Origin: Thecamonas trahens ATCC 50062
Lineage: Eukaryota; Protista; Apusomonadida
Reading direction: 5' to 3'
Assembly (NCBI RefSeq): GCF_000142905.1
Contig: NW_013657665.1
Location: forward strand, 283,689-347,688
DNA: 64,000 nucleotides
Within the stretch, counting starts at the first letter, position 1; every line of letters starts with the position of its first letter. Below the pieces are notes generated by a model. That model saw only the letters and a list, made by a program, of their open reading frames with translations, was not told the DNA's origin and made no database searches. The translations under genes were made by a program, and so were the position numbers. Below are positions 32,417 to 41,885 of this stretch, piece after piece.

Positions 32417-33281
32417 CCCTTTACGGTACGAAACGGACATTCGTCCATCGCGCAAGCCGCGCTCCGCGACGCTCCACAGACGTCGCAACGCCCATCAATC
32501 GCAGTGGAAGAGTAGTACAGTGTGTTAATGGCTCTTGTGGCCACTGGTGGACCACAACAGAAAACAGTCGACCATGCAGAGATGGACGCCGCATGTGGCG
32601 CAAATGGTCCGCGGCCGCGATCGCTTACCATGAAGCTTCCGGAAGGCGAGGCAGTCGCGTCGCAGAGCGGCTTGTTGGGCAAAGTGGTGATGACGAGCAG
32701 CCGCTGCAGAGGTGCGCTTCCGCTTGCGCGACGACGCAGAGTTGACGGCGTCGGCGCTGGCGACGAGGGCGTGGATGATATCGTTTAGAAAAGTCACGCG
32801 AGTCATGGTGGGGCATGGGCTTGCGTCAGCGTAGAGCGCGTACGCGGCGTCCAGAACCCAGTACAAGATGGCGTACCACCACTTGCGCGGCCACGCCGAC
32901 CGGCAAGCTCGTCCGTCGCAAGACGTCCTCGCGCTCTCCCGTCCCGCCGCTGTGTTCAACTCTGTCATGCTCAACTTCCCGATCGTCGGGGGCATCAACA
33001 ACAAGCTCCGCACCGTCCGCACCGTCCGCGCCCGCCGCTCCTCCGGATCGGCGCCGTTCGGCACCTCGCGCGCATCGCCCATGCTCCCAGGCGTCTGTCA
33101 CCGCGACGGCAACTCGGGCATCGTTCAGGCGGGCGTCTACGTGTCGGCCGCCATCAGGAGCGGGCGCGCCTCCCACCTCAAGCCGTAGGCCAAGCATGCG
33201 TCACGCAGCGTCGGCCGGTGACCTGGAAGTCAAGTATGATCGAGTTGTACGCGCCAGTTCCAAGGACCGTACCATCAAGGG
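32417..33281 (-). mobile_element. Decayed, internally deleted piggyBac-superfamily DNA transposon (865 bp)
   Basis: 14-bp TIRs CCCTTTACGGTACG (32417-32430) and CGTACCATCAAGGG (33268-33281), 12/14 match; flanks TTAT/TTGC (degenerate TTAA); internal transposase remnant. Confidence 0.75.
32525..33130 (-). pseudogene. piggyBac transposase C-terminal remnant
   Basis: RKWWYAILYWVLDAAYALY (piggyBac R.WW..IF.WL.D....NAY motif) and C-terminal zinc ribbon RTICATCGVHLCMVDCF; catalytic core missing or degenerate. Confidence 0.72.
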
Positions 33282-33582
33282 TTGCCTGTCGTTCCGCTCT
33301 TGCCCGCCCACCACGAGGCTACGTCAAACGAGAGCCAGGACGAGATGACGCTCATGTCAAAACCGCCGCGAGGTGCGGCCGTCAATGATGAGCCCCGATC
33401 CGGACAGGCGCCGCTATTTGAGGCGGCGAAGTGGACAACGGTGCGGAGCAGTAGCTCGTCGTCGCTGTCGTTGTCGCCATCAACTTGCCAGTTTCGACAC
33501 AATGCAATTTGCGCTGCCACCTCCCCCCTCCTACCCCTCTCTCCACCCGTCTCCCACCACCTCATCCCAGTGATCTGACGTG

Positions 33583-35520
33583 ATGGGTGAGGACATGCGC
33601 GACATGGCGCGGGCACTGTCTGCAGAAGTGTATATGCTTCGGGAGGTGTATGCGGCCGAGGTCCAGCGGCTTCACGACTTGGTGGTTCTTGCTGGTGGTC
33701 GGCCTGGTGTCCGCCGCCTCGACCATGCCCGTCCTTCGCTTGCCGCAGCCTTTGACATGGAGCACTTGCTACCCATGCTCGTCCACAACCCGCTCCCGCC
33801 CGCTGCTTCTGCTCTCCATCCTGCTGGCAGCTCGGCTGAGCCGTCCTCCTCCTCCTCCTCCTCCTCCTCGCTCGGTGCTGCAAAGGCGGAGCTAGCTTCC
33901 CAGCCGTCGACCCGCACAGTGGCTGGCATGGTCGGCAACGAGCTCCGTGGTGCCCCGCAGAAGACCTCCCGCTCGCGCAAGTCCAACCACACCCTCCGCC
34001 CGCCGCAGTATTTTACCGCAGCAGGTTCAGATACGGCTCGCGCCCGCCGCCGCGCCTCGTGGGCGCCCGGAGTCACCGCAAAGTCGACCTTGTTTACCCC
34101 GCGCCCGCCGCCCGCTGCCAAACTTCCCGCCCGTCCAAAGCCAGCAAAGGCACCCGCGTCCGCCACGGCGCCGGACGACCAGCGCACCCTGCCACCGCTG
34201 GTGAAGCAAATTGCTCCGGCCGCAAGCCGGACTTCCGGTGATGACGTTAGCTCGTCGTCGCCTGTCGACATGGACGTCGTACCGTCGGCAGCAGGCTCTC
34301 CGTCGTGCCCGGCTCCGGCTCCACAAGGCGGCAGCGTCGGTGGTGCGGCCCTCGGCAACAACGACGACAACGAGCAGCGCCCGGCCAAACGGAGCCGTGG
34401 CCTCGGCGCGCGTGTGACGTCATCCGCGGGCATCGGCCCGTTGTTTGAGACCTCGCCGTCGGGCCTTGTCGAGCACGTCAAGCTCCCGTGTCCGGTGGTG
34501 TGCTCAGCGCTGGCGGTCACGCCCGGGCAGGGAAGCTATGTGGCCACTGGCTCGAACGCAGTCCGGGTGTATGCAACGGCGGCGCTGATGGCAACTCATG
34601 CCGGTGGCGACGCGACGCCCGAACCGTTTGCGGTTGTCACGCCGGCCGCAGTCACCTTTGTCCGCACCCTCGCCTGGGCGCCCAACTCGGAGTGGTTGGC
34701 CATTGGCGGCGAGGGCGCCGCCGATGTCACCCTCTGGGCCCCGGCGCTGGCCTCGGGCTCTGGCGTCGAGCGCCCATCGTCCACCCTCCTCCGCGGACAC
34801 TCTGACGATGTGTACTCAGCCGCTTGGGCACCCAACTCGCGGACCCTGCTCACGTCGTCCAAAGACGGCTCGGTTTGTGTCTGGCGGCCGCAGGCTGTGG
34901 AACAGACCGACGTCAACGACACGACTGGGCCGGTGGCCCAGTGGGCCGTCTCGACCGAGCTCGGCGCCGAGCCGGTAGCTGTCACCTCGGTCGACATCTC
35001 GCCTGACGGCGCCTTTGCCGTCACCTCGACGGTGCGGCAAGCGCTGCATGTCCACGACCTCTCGACCGGCCGCATTGTCTCATCGTTCACTGGTCACTCG
35101 GACACCGTCAACAAGGCTGCCTGGTCGCTCTCTGGCCGCTGCTTTATGTCGTCGTCAGCCGACGGTACTGTCAAGATCTGGGACGCCCGCGCCCCGGCCG
35201 CGCCCATCGCGACCTGTGCCGGCCCAGCCGCTGGCGTCTTTTGCGCTCAGCTCACTGGCGCCACCGGCGTACTTGCCGGTGGCGCCGACGGCGGCGTCTA
35301 CGCCTGGGACACGCGCACACCCTCCCGCCCGCTCGGCATCCTCCGCACCTCGACTCGCGCCGCCGTCTTCTCCATCGCCGCTGGCCCAGCCCTTGCGGAT
35401 TCGACCCCGCTCTCGTCGCCCTACACAATGGCTCTCATCACAGGCTCCAATGACGAGTCGGCCCGCGTCTGGTCGCTCGACGTCGCCTCAGACATGGCGG
35501 CCTTTCTCCCCACTCTCTAG
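33583..35520 (+). CDS. WD40-repeat protein, Tup1-like co-repressor architecture
   Basis: GH...WD-type repeats (LRGHSDDVYSAAW, FTGHSDTVNKAAW...VKIWD); short N-terminal coiled coil and Pro/Ser linker; an upstream exon is possible. Confidence 0.75.
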   Translation: MGEDMRDMARALSAEVYMLREVYAAEVQRLHDLVVLAGGRPGVRRLDHARPSLAAAFDMEHLLPMLVHNPLPPAASALHPAGSSAEPSSSSSSSSSLGAAKAELASQPSTRTVAGMVGNELRGAPQKTSRSRKSNHTLRPPQYFTAAGSDTARARRRASWAPGVTAKSTLFTPRPPPAAKLPARPKPAKAPASATAPDDQRTLPPLVKQIAPAASRTSGDDVSSSSPVDMDVVPSAAGSPSCPAPAPQGGSVGGAALGNNDDNEQRPAKRSRGLGARVTSSAGIGPLFETSPSGLVEHVKLPCPVVCSALAVTPGQGSYVATGSNAVRVYATAALMATHAGGDATPEPFAVVTPAAVTFVRTLAWAPNSEWLAIGGEGAADVTLWAPALASGSGVERPSSTLLRGHSDDVYSAAWAPNSRTLLTSSKDGSVCVWRPQAVEQTDVNDTTGPVAQWAVSTELGAEPVAVTSVDISPDGAFAVTSTVRQALHVHDLSTGRIVSSFTGHSDTVNKAAWSLSGRCFMSSSADGTVKIWDARAPAAPIATCAGPAAGVFCAQLTGATGVLAGGADGGVYAWDTRTPSRPLGILRTSTRAAVFSIAAGPALADSTPLSSPYTMALITGSNDESARVWSLDVASDMAAFLPTL

Positions 35521-35579
35521 TGTATGCGCCGCCTCGTATCTAAATTGCACTCGATGTCGCTGCCGTGCCGTTGCCACCC

Positions 35580-36398
35580 TCACCGCTTCACGGTCACTAC
35601 ATGCGCGTCGCGGACATGGAACGCAGACTCGTCCATCTCGGTCACCCACGCCGCGCCAGCGGCCTCGCGCAGCGCCATCAGCTCGTCATACCCGATCCCT
35701 GACGCGTGGTATCGCACCTCCACCTCGAGCTGCCTCCCGCCGCGGAGCAAAGTAAACGTGTTGACCTCGCCGGGAAACGCGTTCTCCAGCACAACATTGA
35801 ACGCCGGGTGGGAGACTGTCGCCATCCCCTCGACCGCCACAATGATATCCCCCGGCTGCATGCCTGCCATGTCGGCCGCTCCACCCGGTCGCACCACATC
35901 GACTTCGATCCCATGACCCTCCAGCTCGTCGTCCTCCAGTAGCCGTGCGCCAAGCACAGGCTCTGCGCCCAGCAGTCGCTCGCGCGCCAACTGTTGCGCC
36001 ACCGCAGCCTCGCCCGCCGCCTGCATCGCCGCAGCCGCAGCCGCAGCCTCGGCCGCACCCGCCCGCTCCTCCAGCGCCACAAACCGCTCCGTCACCCGCG
36101 CCGCATCCGCCTCGGCAGCCCGCGCCCGAGCCTCCGCCGCCGCCAGTGCCGCTTCCAGCTGGCTGACCTTCTCGCGCGCCGCAGCCTCGGCCCTGGCGCT
36201 TGCAGCCGACGCCGCCGCCGCCGCTGCCGCCGCTCCGCTCGCACCAGCCTCCACCCCGCCTTCGGCCCGCCGCGCCTCCAGCGCCTCCAGCCTGCTTTGC
36301 AGCACCTCCACTCTTGCCCGGGCATCCTCGCCATCCGCCACCAGCCTTGAGTGGGCCCGTTCCAGCTCGTGAAGCGCAAGAAGGGCCTCTGTCGACAT
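35580..36398 (-). CDS. Coiled-coil + PDZ-domain protein
   Basis: Ala/Glu heptads followed by LGARL...GIEVDVVRPGGAADMAGMQPGDIIVAVEG (PDZ); likely ATG at 36398. Confidence 0.8.
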   Translation of the reverse strand: MSTEALLALHELERAHSRLVADGEDARARVEVLQSRLEALEARRAEGGVEAGASGAAAAAAAASAASARAEAAAREKVSQLEAALAAAEARARAAEADAARVTERFVALEERAGAAEAAAAAAAMQAAGEAAVAQQLARERLLGAEPVLGARLLEDDELEGHGIEVDVVRPGGAADMAGMQPGDIIVAVEGMATVSHPAFNVVLENAFPGEVNTFTLLRGGRQLEVEVRYHASGIGYDELMALREAAGAAWVTEMDESAFHVRDAHVVTVKR

Positions 36399-36697
36399 AG
36401 CCACGCGCGCGGGAGGGCTGCCTCGGCCCACAAGTGGGGAAAAAAGGTCGTGAACGCTACAGCGCCAGGGCCGCCAGCAGTCTCGCCAGTCGCGCAAAGT
36501 ATCGGCCGGGACACGATGAATACCTGAGCCCATTGAATGAGCTTCGTGAGGGCGACGATCCAGTCGCATCGTCTCGACCGTTTCAAAGCCAAGACGGTTG
36601 CGCTTACGACTGAGCATGTCTCGCAGCTACAGCAGACGGGAGCAGTAGCGGACGGAGGAACGCCGCTGCTGCCTCCATATGTCCGGCCATGCGCACG

Positions 36698-37240
36698 TCA
36701 TCGCCAAAGTGGCACTTGGTGCGAGATCAGCTGGATGCGTGTGTCAGGCGACAGCGTTTCGCCGATGGACTACTGGTCGAAGGTGGCTTGAGCAAGCGCC
36801 TTGGTGTACCCCTCGATAAGCAGTGTGATGGAAAGGCAGCTGCTCGAAAGCCGGCGCTGGTCCTTGTCCGGAGCAAACTCCGACACTTCACGATACTACG
36901 ACAGATCACTCTGGGACCGCCATTGCTGTTCGCAAATGCACGTCCACGGAGGAGCATCGTCCGGGGCTAACGCAATCTCCACCACCTCGGAGACAGATTC
37001 GCCCTCGATGCGCGCAAGCTCGCCATCGAGCGCAATCGCGATTTTGCTAAAAAGAACCCACACGTCGCGGCGTATGTGATGGATCAATGTGTCCGTCGTC
37101 CAGACGCCGTACAATGCCTTGGCGTGGTAGCCGTAAACCTGCCGCAGCTGCTCCGGGGTCACCTCGGGGTCAAAGAGACAAGCGAAAAGCAACTCGTCTT
37201 GCTGCACAAGGCACTTGAGTTTGGATGAGGGCTGGCCACC
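36698..37240 (-). pseudogene. Degraded ORF of unknown family with in-frame stops
   Basis: Protein-like reading continues in one frame through TAG 36898-36896 and TAG 36772-36770 to TGA 36700-36698; looks lower in GC than neighbouring genes. Confidence 0.4.
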
Positions 37241-37301
37241 AGCCTCTTTGTCACTTTCCCAGCTTACACACCTCTTCTTTGCCCCACCACACACAGACAA
37301 C

Positions 37302-38570
37302 ATGCGGCGCCAGATGGCAGGACCCGGGACCAACAAGCACAAGGATGGTCCCAACATTGACGCGGGTACGGAGCCCTCTCTCCCCCTCTACCCACCCCGT
37401 TCTCCTTCTTCCCCTCCCCCTCCTTCTCTGCGCTGCCCCACCTTCTCCGTGTCTCGCACGAAGCGTGCTGCCTCTCTGCTCGGGTTCTTCCGAAACGCAA
37501 GAAAGGTCGCAGGTGCCCCCCCCCCCACACACCCACAGACTCACCCCCCCCACACTCCCACACCCACCCCCTCCCACACACAGGCAAGTACGCTCCCGCC
37601 GCAAACACCGCCGGCTTTCGCCGCACTACCATTGCTGCTGGGTACGTTCATTCTCCTCCAACCGCCTCTCCCTCCCCCCTTCCTTCCCCCCCCTCCCCCC
37701 CCCCCCTCCGTCACCAAGCCACTTGCCCCAAGCGGCAATGATCATCGCTGGTTCAGGTGCCACGTTTTTTTTTTCGCCTGTCCTCCGCGCTCGGCACTCA
37801 CGCACAAACCCAATCCACACAGCCCGACCTCGCAGGAGGCCAAGGTGACTGTTTCTGGCAATGATGCTGGAAAGCTTGCTGCTGCTGGCGGCTCTGGCGA
37901 CGGCTACCGCCGCACCACTATTGCCGCTGGCCCAACCTCGCAGGAGGCCAAGGTGACTGTTTCTGGCAACGATGCCGGAAAGCTTGCTGCTGCTGGCGGC
38001 TCTGGCGACGGCTACCGCCGCACCACCATCGCCGCCGGCCCGACCTCGCAGGAGGCCAAGGTCACCATCTCGGGCAACGATGCCGGCAAGCTCGCAGCTG
38101 CCGGAGATGCTGGCGACGGCTACCGCCGCACCACCATCGCCGCCGGCCCGACCTCGCAGGAGGCCAAGGTCACCATCTCGGGCAACGATGCCGGCAAGCT
38201 CGCAGCTGCCGGAGATGCTGGCGACGGCTACCGCCGCACCACCATCGCCGCCGGCCCGACCTCGCAGGAGGCCAAGGTCACCGTCTCGGGCAACGACCCA
38301 GGCCTCCAGGCTGCTGCAGGTGCGCCGCCGCCGTCGGGTGGGTACCGGTCGTCGACGACGACCACCGCCGCTGGCCCCACGGCATCGGCCGACACCAAGG
38401 TTGCTGTCTCGGGCTCGGACCCCGGCCTGCGCGAGGGTGTTGGTGCCGCCGACGGTGGCTACCGCGCGTCGACGACCTCGACCGCTGCCGGCCCTGGTGC
38501 CGCCAACACCGAGGTCAAGGTTGGCCTCGACCCGGGCCTTCAGGCCCCTGCCGCCGACAACGCGTACTAA
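37302..38570 (+). CDS. Unrecognised 36-aa tandem-repeat protein; 3 exons (37302-37365, 37584-37641, 37823-38570)
   Basis: Introns 37366-37583 and 37642-37822 (both GTACG...ACTCAC...CAG) restore a further repeat copy, DAGKYAPAANTAGFRRTTIAAGPTSQEAK. Confidence 0.8.
   Translation: MRRQMAGPGTNKHKDGPNIDAGTEPSLPLYPPRSPSSPPPPSLRCPTFSVSRTKRAASLLGFFRNARKVAGAPPPTHPQTHPPHTPTPTPSHTQASTLPPQTPPAFAALPLLLGTFILLQPPLPPPFLPPPPPPPSVTKPLAPSGNDHRWFRCHVFFFACPPRSALTHKPNPHSPTSQEAKVTVSGNDAGKLAAAGGSGDGYRRTTIAAGPTSQEAKVTVSGNDAGKLAAAGGSGDGYRRTTIAAGPTSQEAKVTISGNDAGKLAAAGDAGDGYRRTTIAAGPTSQEAKVTISGNDAGKLAAAGDAGDGYRRTTIAAGPTSQEAKVTVSGNDPGLQAAAGAPPPSGGYRSSTTTTAAGPTASADTKVAVSGSDPGLREGVGAADGGYRASTTSTAAGPGAANTEVKVGLDPGLQAPAADNAY
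37823..38300 (+). repeat. 108-bp coding tandem repeat (GPTSQEAKVTxSGNDAGKLAAAGxxGDGYRRTTIAA) x4, plus diverged copies extending to ~38560
   Basis: Directly visible in both DNA and protein. Confidence 0.95.
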
Positions 38571-38618
38571 GCTCCATGCAGGAGCTGCAGACTAAACTCC
38601 CTGCCTTTATGATCAAAC

Positions 38619-41600
38619 TCAGGCCTCGCGCCGCGCGAGCATCATCGCCACCATCACTAGCACGCACACTTGCACAAGCTGCGCCACCACGCCAGCATCG
38701 GCCAACCACTGTCGCGGGCTTCGCCGCCGCGCCGCCGCCTCGGCCGCCCGCATGCCCTGAACAAGCTCCCGATTCGTCTGCTCGAGCTCGCCGAGCCGAC
38801 GCAGCACATCGTGTGTGACTGCTGACTCGAGCGGCGTCACCGTGCCCGATCGCGCCTTCTCCTTGTACTGCTTGGCCATTCGCCGCTGGACCTGGGCCAG
38901 CGCCCGTCCACGATGCCCGCCGTTCGAGTACGCCCGCAGCATCAGCCCACCGGCTCCTTCGTCTGACGATACTGATGAATCGAGTGAGAGCTCCGAGTCC
39001 TCAACCTCGTCGTCGTCGTCATCGTCCTCGTCGCCATGCATGTCGCCACCGTTGTCGGCCTCGGACCCGTCACCCATTCCGTCGCCAGAGCCGGTGCCGG
39101 CGAATGAGCCGGTGAGTGCAAACGGGCGGATGACGCCGCCACCACGATCGCGATCGCACACACCCCGATGGCTCACTACCGTGTTGGCGTACGCGTACTC
39201 CCACACGTCGTCGTCGGCAAGAGAGACAAACAGCGACGGTGCCCGCCCGGCGCCCGGTGCCCGCTTGTGGGCTTGCACCCGCTCGCGGGCAGCCTGCGCG
39301 CCGACGGCGTTGCCGTTGCGCAGTGCCGTCACCGTCTCGCGCCACACCTTGGCCGACTCAAACTCGGCACAGTTGTCGTCGGCCGCACCATACCGCTCCA
39401 TGTTGGCGGCCATGGCAAGGATGGTGGCATTCGAGACGTCGAGCTCCCACGCCTCGGAGTCGCCGCCGCCCTCACCGACGTCGCGCTCCACGCGGACCGA
39501 GTCGTTCCACTTGCCCGACAGAGTGAAGAGGGTCTTGCCACGCGGTGGTGAGTCGGGCCCGGTACGCTCGCCCCCGGGTGTCACAGGCAACTCGTCATCA
39601 CCGCGCTCGCCATCGCCCTCGCGCTCACGCTCGCGCTCGCGCTCGGCCTCGCTGCTGACGACTTCGACCACCCGGCCGGACACGTTGTGGAACGAGCCGC
39701 CAAACAGGCCACGCGACTCAAAGTTGAGCGTCGCGGCAAGGCCCGATGACGGGCACACCACACTCGCCTCACCCACATAGTCAACAGCCACCGATCCCAG
39801 CGGCAGTCCCGTGGCCCGCATCAAAGGCAGCGTCACCGTGTACACCTCCGAATGCGCCAGAAACATCAGGTCAATGACAGACGCACTCGACGGCCCACCC
39901 TCGACGCACCACCCCTTGTACACCGAGTCAAAGACCAGCGAGCCGTTGGCCACAAACCCGGCGTCGCGGTTAGTCATGTAAAATCCGGTGGCATGCGGCG
40001 ACGAGCCGAGATGCTCCGCCACAAAGTGCGTCACAAGCGGCGGCGAGCCCGGGAGGCTGGTGTCGTCATCGGTCGGTCGCGGCAGTGCAAACAGCTCGCG
40101 GTGGACCTCGCCCGGCAGCGGCGTAAGTGGCAGCCGCAACAGCGCCCCGTCCATTGCGTTGATGTTGAGAACGTGAAGGACCCACTGCACAACCGCAACC
40201 ATCCGCCGCGGTGCAGAATCGATCTGCTTGATTGACGCAAGGTACGGCGACGATAGCCCGAGGTCGCCCAGCCGCTGCAGCAGCGACCGGTCTTGGTAGA
40301 CAAACGCCGGGAGCGAGACAGAGTCCAGCGACGCCCCGTTCCGCAGATGCCCAATCGCAAGCCGCACAAGCTCCAGCTGCTCGGCAGAGAGCGCGACCTC
40401 GACCTGCGGCAGCGCACGGCCCAGCCCGAGCGGAGCCCGCACGTAGCCAGCGTGAAGAACCCGGATCCACGCCTGGAGCCGCGTCTCACCGCGCTTTGGC
40501 GTCACTGTGTTGGCCAGCGCTCGCCAAGCTGCCGCTGCGCTCTCGGCCCCCTGGCTCTGCTCTAAGCTCAACCGCTCGCTCGCTGCCGACCCGGCTCCGG
40601 ATCCGCCTCCCGGCTCGCCTCCACCGGTCCCAACCCCAGCCCCGGCACCACCCCGGCTCTCGCCGTTGGCCAGTCCGCCAGACGTGCCAAGAGTAGCGGC
40701 GCCGACCCCACTCCCATTCGACACCCGCCGCGAATTGTCCAGTAGTGCAAGGTTGCCGTGGCGGAGCGTAAACTGGTTGTGCTTGGGATGGTACGGCAGA
40801 GGCAGATGCGCGTCGGCGTAGGCCACGGCCGATCGCAGTGCTGCCAGCCACGCTTCCATCTCCTTCCGCAGCGGAACCCGGAGGACGCAGTGGTCGGTGG
40901 CTATCTTTTTGGACATGATGCGGCGGCCCTGGGGGTGGTAGATCTTGAACGAGAACCCGCGCCGCCGCGACGGCTTCTCCACCACCTTGCAACCGTGAAT
41001 GTAGACGTAGACCGAGTGCTTCCGCGACGTCGGCCGCCGGAAAAACAGCAGCTTGCCCGGTTTGAGCACCATCCACTTGTTCTTCCACCGCTGAAAGGTG
41101 CCCCGCAGCTTGACCCATCCGCTCATGATCACATCGCCCGTACCGCCGCCGACCCGCCCCACGCCCCGCCAGCCGATCTCGCCGCCACTGATCTCCACCA
41201 CCTCAACCTCGTCCCGCCCGCCGCCGCCGCCGCCGCCGCCGCCGACCCCGCCGCCATCGTCCAAGCCACCGCCGAGCTCGCCGCCGACCCCGCCACCGCC
41301 AACAATGCCACCAGCCGGTCCGCCGCCAGGACCACCCGCACCACCGCCGCCTCCACCTCCTCCTCCCCCAGCGCCTGGCTTGCCATTGGCATTGGTCTTG
41401 GCCTTGGCCTTGGCCTTGGTCTTGGTCTTGACCTTGATCTTGCTCCCGCCGCCGCCCCCGCCGCCACCGCCACCAGGCAGGCCATGGCCATCGGGCATGC
41501 CACCAGGGCCGCCGCGGTGGGCAGCAGCCCGGCAGCCACAGTGCTCGCAGCCGCCGCCTCCAGGCGCAGGAGCCACATACTGCCGGCACCCGCCACACTG

Positions 41601-41663
41601 CCGGCAACCACCCAGTCCGCTGCCGTCCCCACCACGCCCCTCTGTCCGTGCTCCTGTAGGCAT
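38619..41663 (-). CDS. Oxysterol-binding-protein-related protein (PH + ORD + C-terminal TM; ORP5/8-like layout)
   Basis: PH domain MSGWVKLRGTFQRWKNKWMVLKPGKLLFF...EMEAWLAAL; ORD VSLPAFVYQDRSLLQRL, RMVAVVQW, LSGKWND, FESAKVWRET; hydrophobic C-tail. Confidence 0.88.
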   Translation of the reverse strand: MPTGARTEGRGGDGSGLGGCRQCGGCRQYVAPAPGGGGCEHCGCRAAAHRGGPGGMPDGHGLPGGGGGGGGGGSKIKVKTKTKAKAKAKTNANGKPGAGGGGGGGGGGAGGPGGGPAGGIVGGGGVGGELGGGLDDGGGVGGGGGGGGGRDEVEVVEISGGEIGWRGVGRVGGGTGDVIMSGWVKLRGTFQRWKNKWMVLKPGKLLFFRRPTSRKHSVYVYIHGCKVVEKPSRRRGFSFKIYHPQGRRIMSKKIATDHCVLRVPLRKEMEAWLAALRSAVAYADAHLPLPYHPKHNQFTLRHGNLALLDNSRRVSNGSGVGAATLGTSGGLANGESRGGAGAGVGTGGGEPGGGSGAGSAASERLSLEQSQGAESAAAAWRALANTVTPKRGETRLQAWIRVLHAGYVRAPLGLGRALPQVEVALSAEQLELVRLAIGHLRNGASLDSVSLPAFVYQDRSLLQRLGDLGLSSPYLASIKQIDSAPRRMVAVVQWVLHVLNINAMDGALLRLPLTPLPGEVHRELFALPRPTDDDTSLPGSPPLVTHFVAEHLGSSPHATGFYMTNRDAGFVANGSLVFDSVYKGWCVEGGPSSASVIDLMFLAHSEVYTVTLPLMRATGLPLGSVAVDYVGEASVVCPSSGLAATLNFESRGLFGGSFHNVSGRVVEVVSSEAEREREREREGDGERGDDELPVTPGGERTGPDSPPRGKTLFTLSGKWNDSVRVERDVGEGGGDSEAWELDVSNATILAMAANMERYGAADDNCAEFESAKVWRETVTALRNGNAVGAQAARERVQAHKRAPGAGRAPSLFVSLADDDVWEYAYANTVVSHRGVCDRDRGGGVIRPFALTGSFAGTGSGDGMGDGSEADNGGDMHGDEDDDDDDEVEDSELSLDSSVSSDEGAGGLMLRAYSNGGHRGRALAQVQRRMAKQYKEKARSGTVTPLESAVTHDVLRRLGELEQTNRELVQGMRAAEAAARRRSPRQWLADAGVVAQLVQVCVLVMVAMMLARREA

Positions 41664-41885
41664 GGACGAGTCGAGTCTGCCACAGAGTTGCCGCTGCGGC
41701 CCCTGTCGGCGGTGTCTGCCCGACAGGCGAACCGTTTTCATCTCGCCCGTCCTCCTGCAGCTGACGGCAGGCTACAGAGGTCATTGGGCGGCCTCGCTCG
41801 CCTGGCAAGCCTATTTCTACCTTTACACGCATGACTTTGGCGTTGCTGTGCTCAGCCAGAGTGACCATCGGCATCAAGGCAACAA

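Noticed and set aside
36698-36898. In-frame TAG codons as evidence of a reassigned genetic code
   Set aside because: TAG, TAA and TGA all terminate conserved genes elsewhere in the window (e.g. AGL, IFT25, VPS9).
37584-37587. Possible 4-nt microexon GCAA (AG|GCAA|GTACGC) that would also restore the frame
   Set aside because: The longer exon 37584-37641 has the same phases and encodes a recognisable repeat copy (GKY...FRRTTIAAG), so it is the better model. The internal donor is at most an alternative site.
37823-38300. Regular repeats (here and at 3793-4128) as CRISPR arrays
   Set aside because: They are head-to-tail coding repeats with lengths divisible by 3, have no unique spacers or cas genes, and lie in a eukaryotic context.
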